A stretch of DNA of 63,336 nt, counting the filler, from Folioceros fuciformis (taxonomy: Eukaryota), in assembly GCA_049999805.1 (NCBI GenBank). It is 16 parts of 16 records of this genome, joined end to end, with 100 filler letters (N's around TTAATTAATTAA, not from the genome) between each part and the next. Parts side by side here need not be neighbours in the genome. Positions count along the whole stretch, not along the records: positions 31,370 to 37,410 come from JBNGIO010000746.1; positions 37,511 to 38,526 come from JBNGIO010000747.1; positions 38,627 to 45,494 come from JBNGIO010000748.1; positions 45,595 to 51,656 come from JBNGIO010000749.1; 12 more parts are not named here. The stretch is one strand, 5' to 3'. The notes below the pieces were generated by a model, which saw only the letters and a list, made by a program, of their open reading frames with translations, had not been told where the DNA came from and searched no databases. Below, one piece after another: positions 35,663-47,755 of the stretch. How positions within the stretch are numbered: position 1 is the stretch's first letter; each line of letters starts with the position of its first letter. A program made the translations under genes and the position numbers.

Positions 35663-36199
35663 GGACGTCGTTGCCACATTTTGCGACATCAAACACTTCA
35701 AATCCCCTTTTCAAGTAAGGGTGTTTTCCTTCAGCACTAAAGGCAAGTACAAGAGGGCTCATTATGAAGCTCACGTCAAGAGCTTTCTTCTGAATCAAGA
35801 ATCAAAGTATATGGATAAACATGGAGATAGAAAATTACATTCAAAGAACGAGTTGGTTGCTATCTTCTTTGACAGATAGCAAGACATATACTGGACCATA
35901 TCAGGATTGAGATAGCTTTTTTTCTGAAGCCTACAATAAGAGCATTTTTTCTAAACCATTCTCACAGCCTAAGAATAAGTATAGACATTGGAATAGACAT
36001 TCAAAGAACTCATAACAAAAGCTGAGTTGGTTTTCTTCTTTCACCCGTAGCTCAAGATATCTTCAACAAAAACAGGGTACATATGACTTATTTTGAAGCT
36101 TGAATTGAGAGCGTTTTTTTAATCAAGCCATGGAGTTTGTGGGCAAGTATGGAGACTACAAAAACCATTCAAAGATATGATGATAGAAGCTAGTTGTTG

Positions 36200-37260
36200 A
36201 CCAAGATCACACTTGATTCTCATCTCGTAGGAGGACCGTGGACATCTTCTCCTTCCTCACCTTCTTCGGATGCTTCTAGCTATTTGCAAGCTCAACAATG
36301 CTCTTTTTCCATTTCAAACTATTGCCAAGACCATTGTCCATTTAGTTGAGCTGAACAGAATTCAAGGTTTGTGCTCCACATAATCGGGATTCTACTTGTC
36401 GTGGCTGACATAACAGAATGTTGGCTTCAGCATATGCATGCTGAAGCAAAGAAGGATTTCCAGACTGTACAAGATCCTACAATGCTTGAATTGTATACTC
36501 CCAATCTTTGTATGAGCATTTAGGTAGCATAGCTTGAGGGTTGTTGGAAGCTTGCACCCCTCCAACACATGATGTGTCCTCTCCTACATGACAAGGTTTA
36601 GTGTTTGTTGAAGTATTGTTACGTACAAGTGTGAGAAGGAGGTCCCGAGTTGAATGCAATTGCCCTTTCATTTGTAATACCTTTGCTTGGTGTTTGCAGA
36701 AAAAGCCTTGCATTCCTCTTGGACAATTGCAGCATGCCCAGTCCCCTACAGGATTGTAAACTGTGTATATCAGCCTTTTATCTGTGCAGCTTTGCACAAG
36801 AGCTGGTTCTTAATCATTAGGAGGAAGTGTAACATGGTCCTCAGGTATAGAAAGAGAGCCCCTCACACTGCATTTTCAATAATCACCTCTTGCTTTCCAT
36901 TGTGCTTGAACCCATGTTGTTTTGTAAAGTGCTTGTGCCAATACACTTTGCATACTGTATTTGTTAGTGATGGAGCAACCAATCCATACGTCGACCTCGC
37001 AGACGCATAAAATCATGGCTCAACATGGACTTTAAGAAGCCATGCCAAGCTTCAATTGATGAATTGCAGTCCTAGCTAGCATGTGGCATGGTCGTGGAAT
37101 ACTTTAGCCACATAGGTAGCACCCCCTCCACTGATTCTTGAAATACTGAATAAACTCTGGAGCTTCTCTTTCATAATCCACATATAATTGTTGTAGCATC
37201 TTCTTAGCCTCATCATATATGTGCCAACGTCGAGAAACATACATGATGCCACCAAGGCGA
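36200..37260 (-). pseudogene. Mutator-like (MULE) transposase relic with SWIM zinc finger
   Basis: FIQYFKNQW, NSSIEAWHGFLK, GRRMDWL, WACCNCPRGMQGFFCKH. Confidence 0.8.
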
Positions 37261-37510
37261 CTAAATGTGAGTAAATAGGGTCTTTTTACCCCACCCTTGG
37301 GTTAAATAATTTAGGGTAATATACCTTTTCGTAACTTAGGGTTACACAGATAATTTTGTATATAAACACACATTGCCTTTGATTTAATTTATCATTTTTG
37401 TGCACTTGTANNNNNNNNNNNNNNNNNNNNNNNNNNNNNNNNNNNNNNNNNNNNTTAATTAATTAANNNNNNNNNNNNNNNNNNNNNNNNNNNNNNNNNN
37501 NNNNNNNNNN

Positions 37511-38526
37511 CAAGCACCAGAAAAAAATGGGACGACAAGGGAAGGAAGCTCCTGTTCATAGGCTACTCCGATCAAGTCAAAGCTTACAAACTCTTCGATC
37601 CCTCAACTCATGAGGTAACCCTCTCCCGCAGTGTTCACTTCAATGAACCTCTCCTGCTCCAAACCTACCTCCATAGCACGTCTACATCAACTCCACTTCC
37701 CAAACCTGGTCTTCATGGTTATCCCCCTCTTGATCTTGAGGGGGGCACACACGATGACGATACTTACTCCTCCGATCAGTCATTCTTCTTCCAAGATCAA
37801 GAGGCCCTCACATTACCTCCATTAGCAGTACGAGAGGTAAATTCTAATCAACATGTAGGTTCTGAACCTCCTCACTTACTAGATGTACAGACTTTAAGAC
37901 GCTCTTCCAGGCATAGACCTCCCAGGACTGAGTGGTCGGATCCACCCTATACTCCAAGAGACACATTGGTCAGTAGGATCTCCTCTCCCAGTGCATCCCT
38001 ACCTTCAGATGCACCGACACCAGTCGATCAGGCGCACCTCGCCATGCATCAAGCCTTATCAGCTATTGAAATGCAAGGAGTACCTGCAACAATTGAGGAA
38101 GCTCTCAACATACCCGAATGGAAAGCAGCTGTACAATCTGAATACGACTCACTTCTTTCAAATAAAACCTGGATCCTTACTGGCTTACCACAGGGCAGAA
38201 AGCCAATTTCTTGTAAGTGGACTTTTCGGAGAAAGCTCAACCCAGATGGAAGCGTGTCACGGTATAAGGCCAGGCTCGTAGCCCGGGGATTTACCCAAAT
38301 CCCAGGTTTCGACTATGAGGAAACTAAGCTGTTTAGCCCAGTGGTAAAGGCAACATCCATCAGAGTTCTCTTGGCATTTGCCGCACAACATAAGCTCGAT
38401 ATCCACCAGCTCGATATCAAAACGGCTTTCCTGTATGGAACATTGCATGAAGACATATATATGCTTCAGCCACCTGGATTTGTGCAGGATCAGCGAAAGG
38501 TTTGCAAGCTACTTAAGTCAATCTAC
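37511..38526 (+). pseudogene. pol: Copia integrase C-terminus and RT fragment
   Basis: [35 protein letters not shown]. Confidence 0.93.
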
Positions 38527-38626
38527 NNNNNNNNNNNNNNNNNNNNNNNNNNNNNNNNNNNNNNNNNNNNTTAATTAATTAANNNNNNNNNNNNNNNNNN
38601 NNNNNNNNNNNNNNNNNNNNNNNNNN

Positions 38627-39777
38627 AAATTCCAACTCAACTCTGTTTCACCTGCTTTCTTTTCCTCCTAGTTTGGGGCCTATTCTAGCACCCCGGGGTT
38701 AGTCTTCCATGGCCGAGAAACCAATTCGACTAGAAGCTGATTCTAGTGAATAACCTGTCGTTTTCACGCCCAGTTTCGGCTGCTGGTCCCACTCCTTCCC
38801 ACCTCTTCTCTATCTTCCCCACTGCTCATACTCCTCTCCTAGAAGCAGGTTCAGCCACCAAGGGGGAACAGTTGCAGGGGGAGGCTTTGCGGGCAGCCAT
38901 CCAGCAAGGAAGAGGCGGCGTCCACAAGAACTTTGAAGATCAGGCATGCTGCAAAGTCTCAGGATAGTTTAAGAGGTGGTACATACTTGTGGTGGTAGGG
39001 TCAGCAGGTTGTAGGGCCAGCTCATTGGCGGCAGGATGTGCTAGGAAAGTCTAAATAAGTGGCTGATGACAGCTGGCTAGGCTAGTGGTCTCATTAAAAT
39101 AATATTTGTCAAGATAGAGAGAGGTGAAGTCAGAGAGAGAGAGGCTTCTATAAGATTAAGTGAGCCTGTAGGAGGCAGGTTGTCACTTTACGAGTTCTCT
39201 TAGGCTGTCTCTGCTTGGATACAACAGTGTGTGCCTGATGTGCATGTGTGCAGCGTCTGGTAAAGCTTTGAGAAGTGGTGGCCAGGGTTAAGGGTGGGGT
39301 CCCTTTTAATTCTTGATCGTGCTCTCCGTGTCATGTTCCCATGATATGTCATTCTTGTTTCCTCGCAGGGCTATAGTGAGTGCGAACCATGCTTGCATGG
39401 TGTCTGGTAGGATCGTGGGTGGCGGCATGCTTTTCTTTGGGGTTAGTCTAGTGAAGTGAAGGGAAGTGAAGTGAAGTGAGGGAAGTCGCAGATTTGAGAA
39501 GTTAGGGTTGTTGTAGTGGCTAGAGGGAGTTTGTGGGCACCGAGAGAGGTGCAGTTGACTGCTGGATAGTGAGGACTGTCCCACGCCTGATCGGAGCTGA
39601 AGGGGAGCCCTCGAATCCGTCATCGAGTCGGTTGAGTCCGACCCTCCATCCAAAGCAGCTAGGAACCCCATTGCTCCTTCGTGGGAACAAAACCCAATGT
39701 CTCAACGACAGTGGGATGAGTGTGGCCGCTAAAGGTTGAACCTGTTGGCAAACAGTGCCCAGGGTTTTGCCACCACA
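38627..39777 (-). mobile_element. TGTGG-family LTR inserted in copia gag
   Basis: Inverted match to 13607-14470. Confidence 0.8.
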
Positions 39778-40616
39778 ACAAGACTTATGAAAATTGCGTG
39801 AGCGTTCCTCAGCCAGTAGTGCTCCTATATAACCTCTTCAAGTGTAATAGTAGGAAACTAGCCTACTGCAGCTGCCTTAACTACAGCGTGTATTGTGGCA
39901 TTCTGACTACCAACAAAGTTGCTGTAGCTCTTAGGTAGAGAGGCAAGAAGGCTTACTGCTGCTTGTACCTCTATAAGAACAGTACCACAATATGCTAGGT
40001 TTGCTCTATACGTCCTGTATTTGTTGATGTAGGCCTCCACTGGCTCATTTTCCTTCATCCTCAAATTGAAGAAATCCCTGTAAGCATGGACAAGAGATGT
40101 AGAGCTCTTGTCATGATAAATAGACTCAAACACCTTCCACACATCATTAGAAGTCTTGGCTCAGATGGTGTGGGGCATCATGGTTCGATCTAAGGCAGCA
40201 ATGAGTATAGATTGGGCACACCTATCCTTTCGCTCCCAGGCTAGGATTTTGTCTGCTGATCTAGTAGGTACAGAGACCTTTGGTTCTGTTCCATCGACTA
40301 TGGAAAATACCTCATTCTCCTCAAAGATATGACTGAGTCTCATGGCCCAGATTTGATAGTCCATTCCATTGAACCTATCTTTATTTTGAAAATCTATTTT
40401 CGAAGGGACCATGGCAGATGCAGGAACAACAGGCATTTGTGCTGCCATGCTTGATGAGTTGAGGATGGATTGAAGGACTGAATGAAGTTGTAATTGTCTA
40501 GCTCTCTCCAAAAGATTGGAAGTAGAGAAATCCCATACAGGGTATGAGAAAGAATCAGCAAACACGAAGGAGATGTCATAAACATCATCATCATCTTTAT
40601 GATCTGGTGCTTGCAT
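39778..40616 (-). pseudogene. gag: Copia gag
   Basis: FQNKDRFNGMDYQIWAMRL, LRMKENE, LLASLPKSY; one stop. Confidence 0.9.
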
Positions 40617-40630
40617 ATAAGTTAAGCAAG

Positions 40631-41116
40631 TCACAACATAGTGGAGGACTTTAAGCCAGAAGAAGAGTTCAAACAGGAGAAATTTGAGGAAAGATAATTT
40701 TCACATAAAATGTTTAGTGAAAGAATTCCCTCACAGAGCTTCTCGATGAGGAGGTCACTTGACTCCACACACCTTCTCAAGCTGACGAGCTGACAAGAAA
40801 TGACAAGTTCTGTGTCTTTCTTTCGATGGAGAGTCAAGTCCTTCCGAAGATCGTAGACTCCCTTGCCGTGATGATGTAAAGTCGTATCAGACTTGCGAGG
40901 ATGAGAATTGCAGCAACCATTAAAGGAAGAAATTGATATTCATTCCCGAGTTCTTCTGGTTGAATGAATGTCCCTTCGTGTCAACAAAGGCTGTCGTCTG
41001 ACTGATTGAGGGACGTTGTGCTCCTCAAATCTGCAATCAAGACAGGATCAAGGAAATGAGTCTCTTTGTCTGTTGATTATCCTGGGAAACGGTGCTGTGA
41101 GTCTGCGCCTAGGCAT
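40631..41116 (-). CDS. ORF0 upstream of gag, 162 codons with two internal TGA
   Basis: MPRRRLTAP...SCQLVSLRRCVESSDLLIEKL; ATG about 52 nt after the PBS, stop 14 nt before the ATG at 40616. Confidence 0.5.
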
Positions 41117-41168
41117 CTTGAAGCTTAGATGCCAGAATGATCCACATCCAACGCACTTGATGAAACAA

Positions 41169-41404
41169 GCTCTGATACCATAATAAAATCTATACTATGG
41201 ATCATACAACACAGGTGCGGAGGCATGGAATGGAAGATTGAGAATGTAGGCAAGACAAGATGCAAGAGATCACCAGCATAAAAGAGAATAATTAAGGAGG
41301 GCATAGCATTGTGCTATATACCCAAAAAACATAAGCAGTTGTTAAACCGTCATAACTAAAATATGAAACTAACTCTTTAACCTAGGTTAGAAGTCTTAAC
41401 TTCA
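41169..41404 (-). mobile_element. PBS (41169-41180) and 5' LTR of a copia
   Basis: Reverse complement TGGTATCAGAGC; outer LTR edge approximate. Confidence 0.75.
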
Positions 41405-41453
41405 ATCTAGGTTTTCTATAGTGTGTGTGACTGATGATCTGAGTGTGACACAT

Positions 41454-41469
41454 TGGGGCTAGGTGGAGG
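41454..41469 (+). promoter_or_regulatory. Probable gypsy PBS after an LTR end GTGTGACA (41450)
   Basis: TGGGGCTAGGTGGAGG 3 nt after ...GACA, upstream of gypsy gag. Confidence 0.5.
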
Positions 41470-41699
41470 ACTTACTACAACTCGCAAACATAGTCGCTGG
41501 GATTGCAAGACGAGGGTCTTGCTCACGAGTCTCAAGATTCGTCTAGGAGGGTTTGCGAGTGCTGTGGTGTCCCGTCGCGGGCATCAGAATGGCACTAGTG
41601 AACGATGGCGCTGGACATTGAGCTGGGGGTCTCAGTTCAAGCACCAAGAGAGCTCACGAGTGCTGTGGTGTCCCATCGCGGGCATAAGAACAGCACCAG

Positions 41700-43100
41700 C
41701 GCACAGCGGCGCTGGACGCTTGTGAACATCTGTTCACAAGTCTGAGAAGTTTTCTAGCAGGCCAGGGACATAGACTCTTAGAGATTTCAAGTTGTTTTAT
41801 GGGTTCTAAACCAGCTGTGTTAAGTTTAAGCATGGAACTGCTTACACCCATAGGTACATGTTTGAACAGCTACCTGGGTATCTACCTGATGAAGCCTTGG
41901 ACTTGTTCGAGATTCATGCACTAGAGATGTTGGCGGTGGTAGAGAAGCTTAACCCTGCTTATACGACAGCCTTACAAGTGGCATACAACAGTTTGCTGGC
42001 TGCTGTGGTGGCCACTCACCAAGCAGGGATTGCAGCTGGCACCATTGCAACATCAGTCCCACCACCTACGATGGTGGACATGACTCAACAGGAGATGGCT
42101 ACTGCCACAGCTGGTATCCCAGGCAAGTTGGACATGCCCAAGCATGACAACCTCGTGGAGGATTTCTTTGCGATTCTGGACAGGGCTTTTCCATCCAAGA
42201 CCCCGGAGAAGATTGCGGAACTTGCAGCCTTTGCACGCAAGAAGGGTGAGACTGTCAAGATGGCCTTTAGGTGATTGCAGAAGCTAAGAGATGGTACGGG
42301 CATGCTGACCGACCAAGAGGCGGCTCAAAAGTTTCTGGCTGCCTTAGAGACCGATCCATTGTTTCACTATCAACTATTTACTACCTTGGTTGACAAGTAT
42401 GGGGACAACTACACTCTGGATTAGGTCTACCAAGAAGCGAAGAGGAAGGAATTGGCTTTTTCAGCGTATGCTTCTCAGCATACAAAAGCCTTTCACCATT
42501 ACCAGCAGATGTTTTCAGGGAAGAGTAGTTCGGCAATCACTCAGGGTGTTGCCAACAAGGGTAGGGAGGCTAAGCCCACCAAGGCTGGGGCAGCAGCTAC
42601 TGTTACCACACTTTGTAACAGGTGTGGCAGTGCTGACCATCTCTTGCCTGCATGTAAGGTGGGTGCTGACTCTTTATATTGCACTCACTGCCGGAAATCA
42701 GGTCATGTGGAAGTAGTCTGTTTTTCAAAGTATCCGGAACGACGACCATGGAAAACAGGGACAGGTTCTAGTGTTACCACCACTTCAGCTACTAAGCCTA
42801 ACACTGTTGCGGGAGCAAGTGGTTCAGGAAGTGCTTCAGGAGGGGTAGGTACAGGAGGGAGTCCTGTCAGCAAGAGCCAAGTGAAGCGTGACAAGGCTCA
42901 GTAGAAGACGGCTGCCCAAGCCAACAAATTGACTGCCTTGGAGATAGCCATGGCGGTGTTGACCACTCAGGTTAGCACATTGGTAGCCAGCTTGAATGCT
43001 GCCAAGTCCGCCAGTGTGGTAGAATTGGTGGCTACCAAGGCATCAACTGACCTTGATGAAGATTATGGTCCCGTCATGGAAGCCTGCGCAACACACACGG
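41700..43100 (+). pseudogene. gag: Gypsy gag with two CCHC knuckles
   Basis: CNRCGSADHLLPAC and CTHCRKSGHVEVVC; homolog at 60560-61380. Confidence 0.8.
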
Positions 43101-43337
43101 AGTAGTTAGGGTTTGGGCCGTCTCATGGCAGAGGCCTAGAGTAGTTAGATCTGTCTAGGGCTGGTGAGCAGCTGCCACAAACATGGTTGGGTCATGCTTT
43201 GGGGACATTTGCCATAACCACACGATAGTAGGGTGCTAGGGCTGCAATACCTAGGTCGTTCTAGCAGCTCCTTGTGTGTTGACACCATAGTCAGTAATCG
43301 GACACCTTGATCAGGCTTAGGTGTTTCAAGGCTTAGG

Positions 43338-44938
43338 CGCTTCGTAAGAGCACAAGACTCACATAGTGGAAGTGGCACAAGAGGACCTATCTGCCCATGC
43401 TGGTACAAATCACTTACAGCTAGTTTTTGTAGCTTAACAGAGTGTGGATGACCTAGTCGTAAATGCCAAAGTTTTGACTTCTCTATCTGCTGTACAGACA
43501 CTTGAGAAGATCCTTTAGTCAAATGGGCATGTGGCTTACGACTATCTGTATGAAGACAAAACAAGTCTTTCTCTGAAGACCCAAAGGCAAGTATTTTCTG
43601 ATGATTAAAGGCATCTAACACTTGACATTTTGTTTGAGTAAAAAGAATGTGACAGTGATTATCAGAATTCAACTTCCTTACGGAAATTAAGTTACGTGTC
43701 ATGTCTGGTACGTAGTACACATCATGTAACACTAATACATTTCCTGATGGTACTGACAGGTCTATGATACCAATACCAGGAGATACAAGGGATCTATCAT
43801 CCCCCAGGTATACGTACTGATCCTTGACTGATCTGTACGTTTGAAATGCCTTTTTGTCCAAGCATATGTGGGCAGTAGCCCCTGTGTCTAAATACCAGTC
43901 TATGGTATGCTGAACCTTTGGATGTGTTGACAAACAGGCAGGTGACAAGAACGAGCTTGTAGCAAAGACTGTTGTACCAACTGTGAGGGCAGAGGGGGTT
44001 GGTTGCTTCTTAATAACCACGTGAGTCTCAGCGCTGGTTGAACCCTCCTTGCGAGGAACACCAGCCTGCTTTTTCCTACACTCACACTCCCAGTGACCAG
44101 GTAACTTGCACCAGTTGCAATTTCCTGTCCTTTTGGGTTTTCTTTGACTGGCTCCACGTCCTTGTGAGCCACCTCCTCTTGAGGTACTGCCCCCACCCCT
44201 ATTGTAGGGTCTTCCTCCTCCACGTCCTCGGTTAGAAGTGAAGAGGGCTTGCTGTTTACTAGTGCGTCTGCTATGTGTTTTGCTGGCTTCCTCTTGCAAT
44301 AAAGCTCCCACTAACTCTGCAAAGCTTGTTTCAAGTAGGGTTACACCTGAAGCCTTTGCAAGCTTTTCAATCTGGAGCTTGGAGGCATTGAAGGATGTCA
44401 CAAAGTGTGACCAAGAATCTGGTAAGGATATTAGGAAGTATAGTGTAAGTATATCATCCTTTAAGGTCTCATTTGTAGCACTTTCCAGTCTTGAGACAAG
44501 TGTCCTGAAATGTCCAAGGTGCTTTTCAATTGAGTCTCCTTCCCTCATTTTACATAATTGTAAATTCCTTAATGCTGTCATTTGACTTGTCTGGTTGCTG
44601 CCTGAATACAGGTCTTGAAGTCTTATCCATATTTCAGCCGAGGTTGTGCATCCTGAAGTCTGTCTTAACATTTCTAAAGTAAGACCACTTCGGATGAGGT
44701 ACATGGCTGCTTCATCCTTTGCATCCCATGTATCCTTTGCCTTTTTCTCAGCTGTTGAAGGTTGTGCAGGAGGTGGAGGCATTAATGGGACCGGTTCTTC
44801 CCCAGTAACCACCTTCCACAATTTCCTATTTTGTAAGGCTCCTTTCATGCGGATTACCCATATATCGTAATCCTGCCCACCAAACCTATCCTTTTCCTTA
44901 AACCCATCCCCACCTAAAGTTGAGGGATCAGTGGCCAT
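43338..44938 (-). pseudogene. gag-pol: Copia gag-protease-pre-integrase, open frame, 3' truncated
   Basis: FKEKDRFGGQDYDIW, CNWCKLPGHWECEC, WYLDTGATAH, LWHLRLGH...CESC. Confidence 0.95.
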
Positions 44939-45051
44939 TTTTCCTCTTTTGTATTTTTGGGTTAGCTACTCCCAAGAATACTAAGATTGTGTAATGGCTT
45001 TTTGCAGGGGTTAGGAAAAACTCAAGACTTCAGATGCTTCATGCAGCAAGG

Positions 45052-45492
45052 TCAAAGAATATTGACAACATTGTGAAGTCTGTCAGCTGCAGGTACAACT
45101 ACTGACTCCTCTTGTGTTCTGTTTGTTATTTTCTGATTTCTAATCTCCCACTTGTTGAAGGCATACACAGAACAGGATGGGCAGGAGTTTGGACTTCCAA
45201 ACATATGTTTCTTACTTGTCTTCTTGGCGTGCTTACAGGCTACACCCCTGAATGCAGGGTTAGCAAGCAAGGCTGGCTTCAACAACGTAAGAAGTTTGAA
45301 ATCCAAGTGACCTATCTGTTCTTGTAAGTCTCTCAAATCTACACTATTTGCAGAAACCCTTTGCAGAATACTGCTAAAGCGTGCATCAACGTGCTGCTGG
45401 TGTGACTCAATTCTGTTTACTAACTGTGTAACGCTGGTTGTAGGTGCGGCGTGAGTTGTAAGGAAACCTCTGGGATGACCATTCCCATCAAA
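45052..45492 (-). CDS. ORF0 upstream of gag, at least 147 codons, open to the gap
   Basis: ...ARFSSILQRVSANSVDLRDLQEQIGHLDFKLL...; no stop from the contig edge to 45052. Confidence 0.6.
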   Translation of the reverse strand, partial: FDGNGHPRGFLTTHAAPTTSVTQLVNRIESHQQHVDARFSSILQRVSANSVDLRDLQEQIGHLDFKLLTLLKPALLANPAFRGVACKHAKKTSKKHMFGSPNSCPSCSVYAFNKWEIRNQKITNRTQEESVVVPAADRLHNVVNIL

Positions 45493-45594
45493 GGNNNNNN
45501 NNNNNNNNNNNNNNNNNNNNNNNNNNNNNNNNNNNNNNTTAATTAATTAANNNNNNNNNNNNNNNNNNNNNNNNNNNNNNNNNNNNNNNNNNNN

Positions 45595-45719
45595 CAGCAG
45601 CAAGGAACCCCATCGCTCCTTCGTGGGAACGAAACCCAATGTCTCAACGACAGTGGGATAAGTGTGGCCACTAAAGGTGGGACCCGTTGGCAATCAGTGC
45701 CCAGGGTTTTGCCTCCACA
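45595..45719 (-). mobile_element. TGTGG-family LTR 5' end
   Basis: GGGTTTTGCCTCCACA terminus. Confidence 0.8.
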
Positions 45720-46954
45720 CCAGGCAACCCCCCTGCTCGCAGGCAGCCCGTAAGCCTAGCTGCCTGAGCATGTATCCTACCAGCCTGACTGGCCGAGCAG
45801 CCAGGCCAAACTGGCTGTGCCGACCTGTTTCCAGCTTGCCAGGCCGACTGGTCGGGCAGCCCCCAACCAGCCATTTGCCTATCTAGCTCTAGCCAACCCC
45901 CATCAGGCTGCTGCTTACTCCTCCCTCGGCCAGCCGGCTGCCTGGCCTCGCCCAGGCCAAGTTAGCCGACCAGTGTGGCTAGCTGAACAGCCGGTCCATT
46001 ACTCACCCGGCTACCCTCCAGCCTATTGACCCTGAGTCGATGCTCCCCCTACCTGGCCATCTGGCTGGCTAACTTTCCCCAAACCTGACGCTCCCACAAC
46101 CTTAGGCCCTCCTTGCGTGACCCTCGGTCCCAGGCACCGCTATCCCCATCTCCCGCTTCCACCAGCATCGACCAGAGAGAGCCCCGCTCGCCTTCCATGA
46201 CGTCCTAGGGTTTACCATTCCTCTATCACCTTACCCCAAGAACAAGAGCCCACGTCCTATCTACCACACAACCTACCTACCCTATCGACTCACCATCAAT
46301 CTAGCTACTATTCTAACCTAATCTCCTAACCTTTCCTCTACAACACTCACTCACAAATCCAAAAAAAAACAAAACCTATCATTTCCCAGGGGTCTGTTCA
46401 GCATGTGGAGTTCACAGCTGGCGACCAGTTGGTTTAGGACCTGTAGTGTGTTGCCGGCTGTACAGTGTCTGGTAGGATCGCAAGCCGCGTGTTGCCAGCT
46501 GTACAGTGTCTGGAAGGATCGTGGGCAGCATGTTGCCGGTTGTATAGTGTCTGGTAGGATCACAAGGTGTAATGACCAGGGTAAAAGGGCTTGCCCCTAG
46601 CTCTTGATTGTAAAGAATGTGTCTTTCTCTCGACCTGTCCACTCTTGTTCCTTGTTTGGACAAGTGCTGTAGGCCCGGCCATGTTTCATGGCGTCTGGTA
46701 AGGTTGTGGGGAGGAGATATCCGAGAGGGGAGTGTGTTCCGTTCTTTCTTTTCTTTGGGGTTAGTCTAGTGACTCTTGCCGGGTAGGAGGAGTCATTAGG
46801 GAAGTATAGAAGCTAGTGGTGTCGTTGTTGGTTGTTGGTGTTGGTGCTGGAGCGAGAGAGTGAGTGAAGTGAGTGAGGGAAGTCGCAGATCTGAGAGGTC
46901 AGGGTCGTTGTAGTGACTAGAGTGCATTTGTGGGCACTGAGAGAAGTGCCGTTG
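45720..46954 (-). mobile_element. TGTGG-family LTR/internal mosaic including a 41-bp x3 tandem repeat (46449-46567)
   Basis: 46130-46410 is an inverted match to 49130-49430; 46820-46954 is an inverted match to 13830-13970. Confidence 0.65.
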
Positions 46955-47201
46955 AGGCTGGGGCCTGGCGCCCTAGTCGTCTTGGCACCCCCCCACTGGC
47001 CGAGCACTCAGGGGCCCTGGCGCCCCCACTTACCGGGGCCTGCCCATTGTGGGGCGGCCAAGCGGCCTGTAGGGTGCGGGTTGGCAGCCTGCACGGCCCG
47101 CGCGTCCTGAGGCCGGGGGCGCCCACGGCGCACTCTGGCTCCAGGCGCCAGGTGTATTTAGACCCTAGGGTCTAAACACATCGGGCTTTAATAACCCTAC
47201 A
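46955..47201 (-). mobile_element. LTR 5' fragment related to 2241-2525
   Basis: Ends GGGCTTTAATAACCCTACA. Confidence 0.6.
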
Positions 47202-47431
47202 ATACATGCCAGATTATGGAGTTTTGTCATGTATTTGAATGTAAGGACACCTGCAAATTTGGTTATATTTTTGAAAAAATTGATGTTTACGGTCGTACGT
47301 AACAGGCTATTAGGCCACATTTATGCATCTCTTAACAAAAACACATGAAAATGCGGATATCTGACATGAATTTTAAGCGTCAAAATCTCGCGAAGCCTGA
47401 AGTGGCGGAATCCGCCCGTCTGGGTTAGACC
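47202..47431. mobile_element. DNA-transposon-like terminus
   Basis: GGAATCCGCCCGTCTGGGTTAGACC, inverted match to 8141. Confidence 0.55.
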
Positions 47432-47755
47432 TTATTCCCTTTGCTCACAAGTCTCCTCACAACACCTTCCACAGCGATCCAACTACTCGTCTCCCGGCGC
47501 TCAACACTCCCAACCAAACACCACAAGAACCTTTGCGATCAGCAACAAAAACGGCACTCGCACCTCCCCCTTCCGCCAGGATGTCCACGCAGGCTTATGA
47601 AAGTTGGTTCACTATTCGTTACCAAACACTTACAATCCAAAAAGCGGCAGTATGCTCAAGTCCTTCATTCTACTTACATAGGATGGTAGACGACTTCCTA
47701 CCTACCACTTGCCCCCGCCAACTTTAACCACGCACACCTACCAAGAGGCTAAGAC

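Noticed and set aside
39061-39120. CTGATGA as a hammerhead ribozyme core, also near 41431
   Set aside because: No properly placed GAAA and flanking stems could be built by eye
43145-43337. C-terminal tail of the 597-aa ORF as a novel domain
   Set aside because: Read-through across a junction into antisense gypsy sequence
46449-46567. 41-bp, 27-bp (16639) and 35-bp (35552) repeats as CRISPR-like arrays
   Set aside because: Head-to-tail tandem units without unique spacers, no cas genes, eukaryotic TE context
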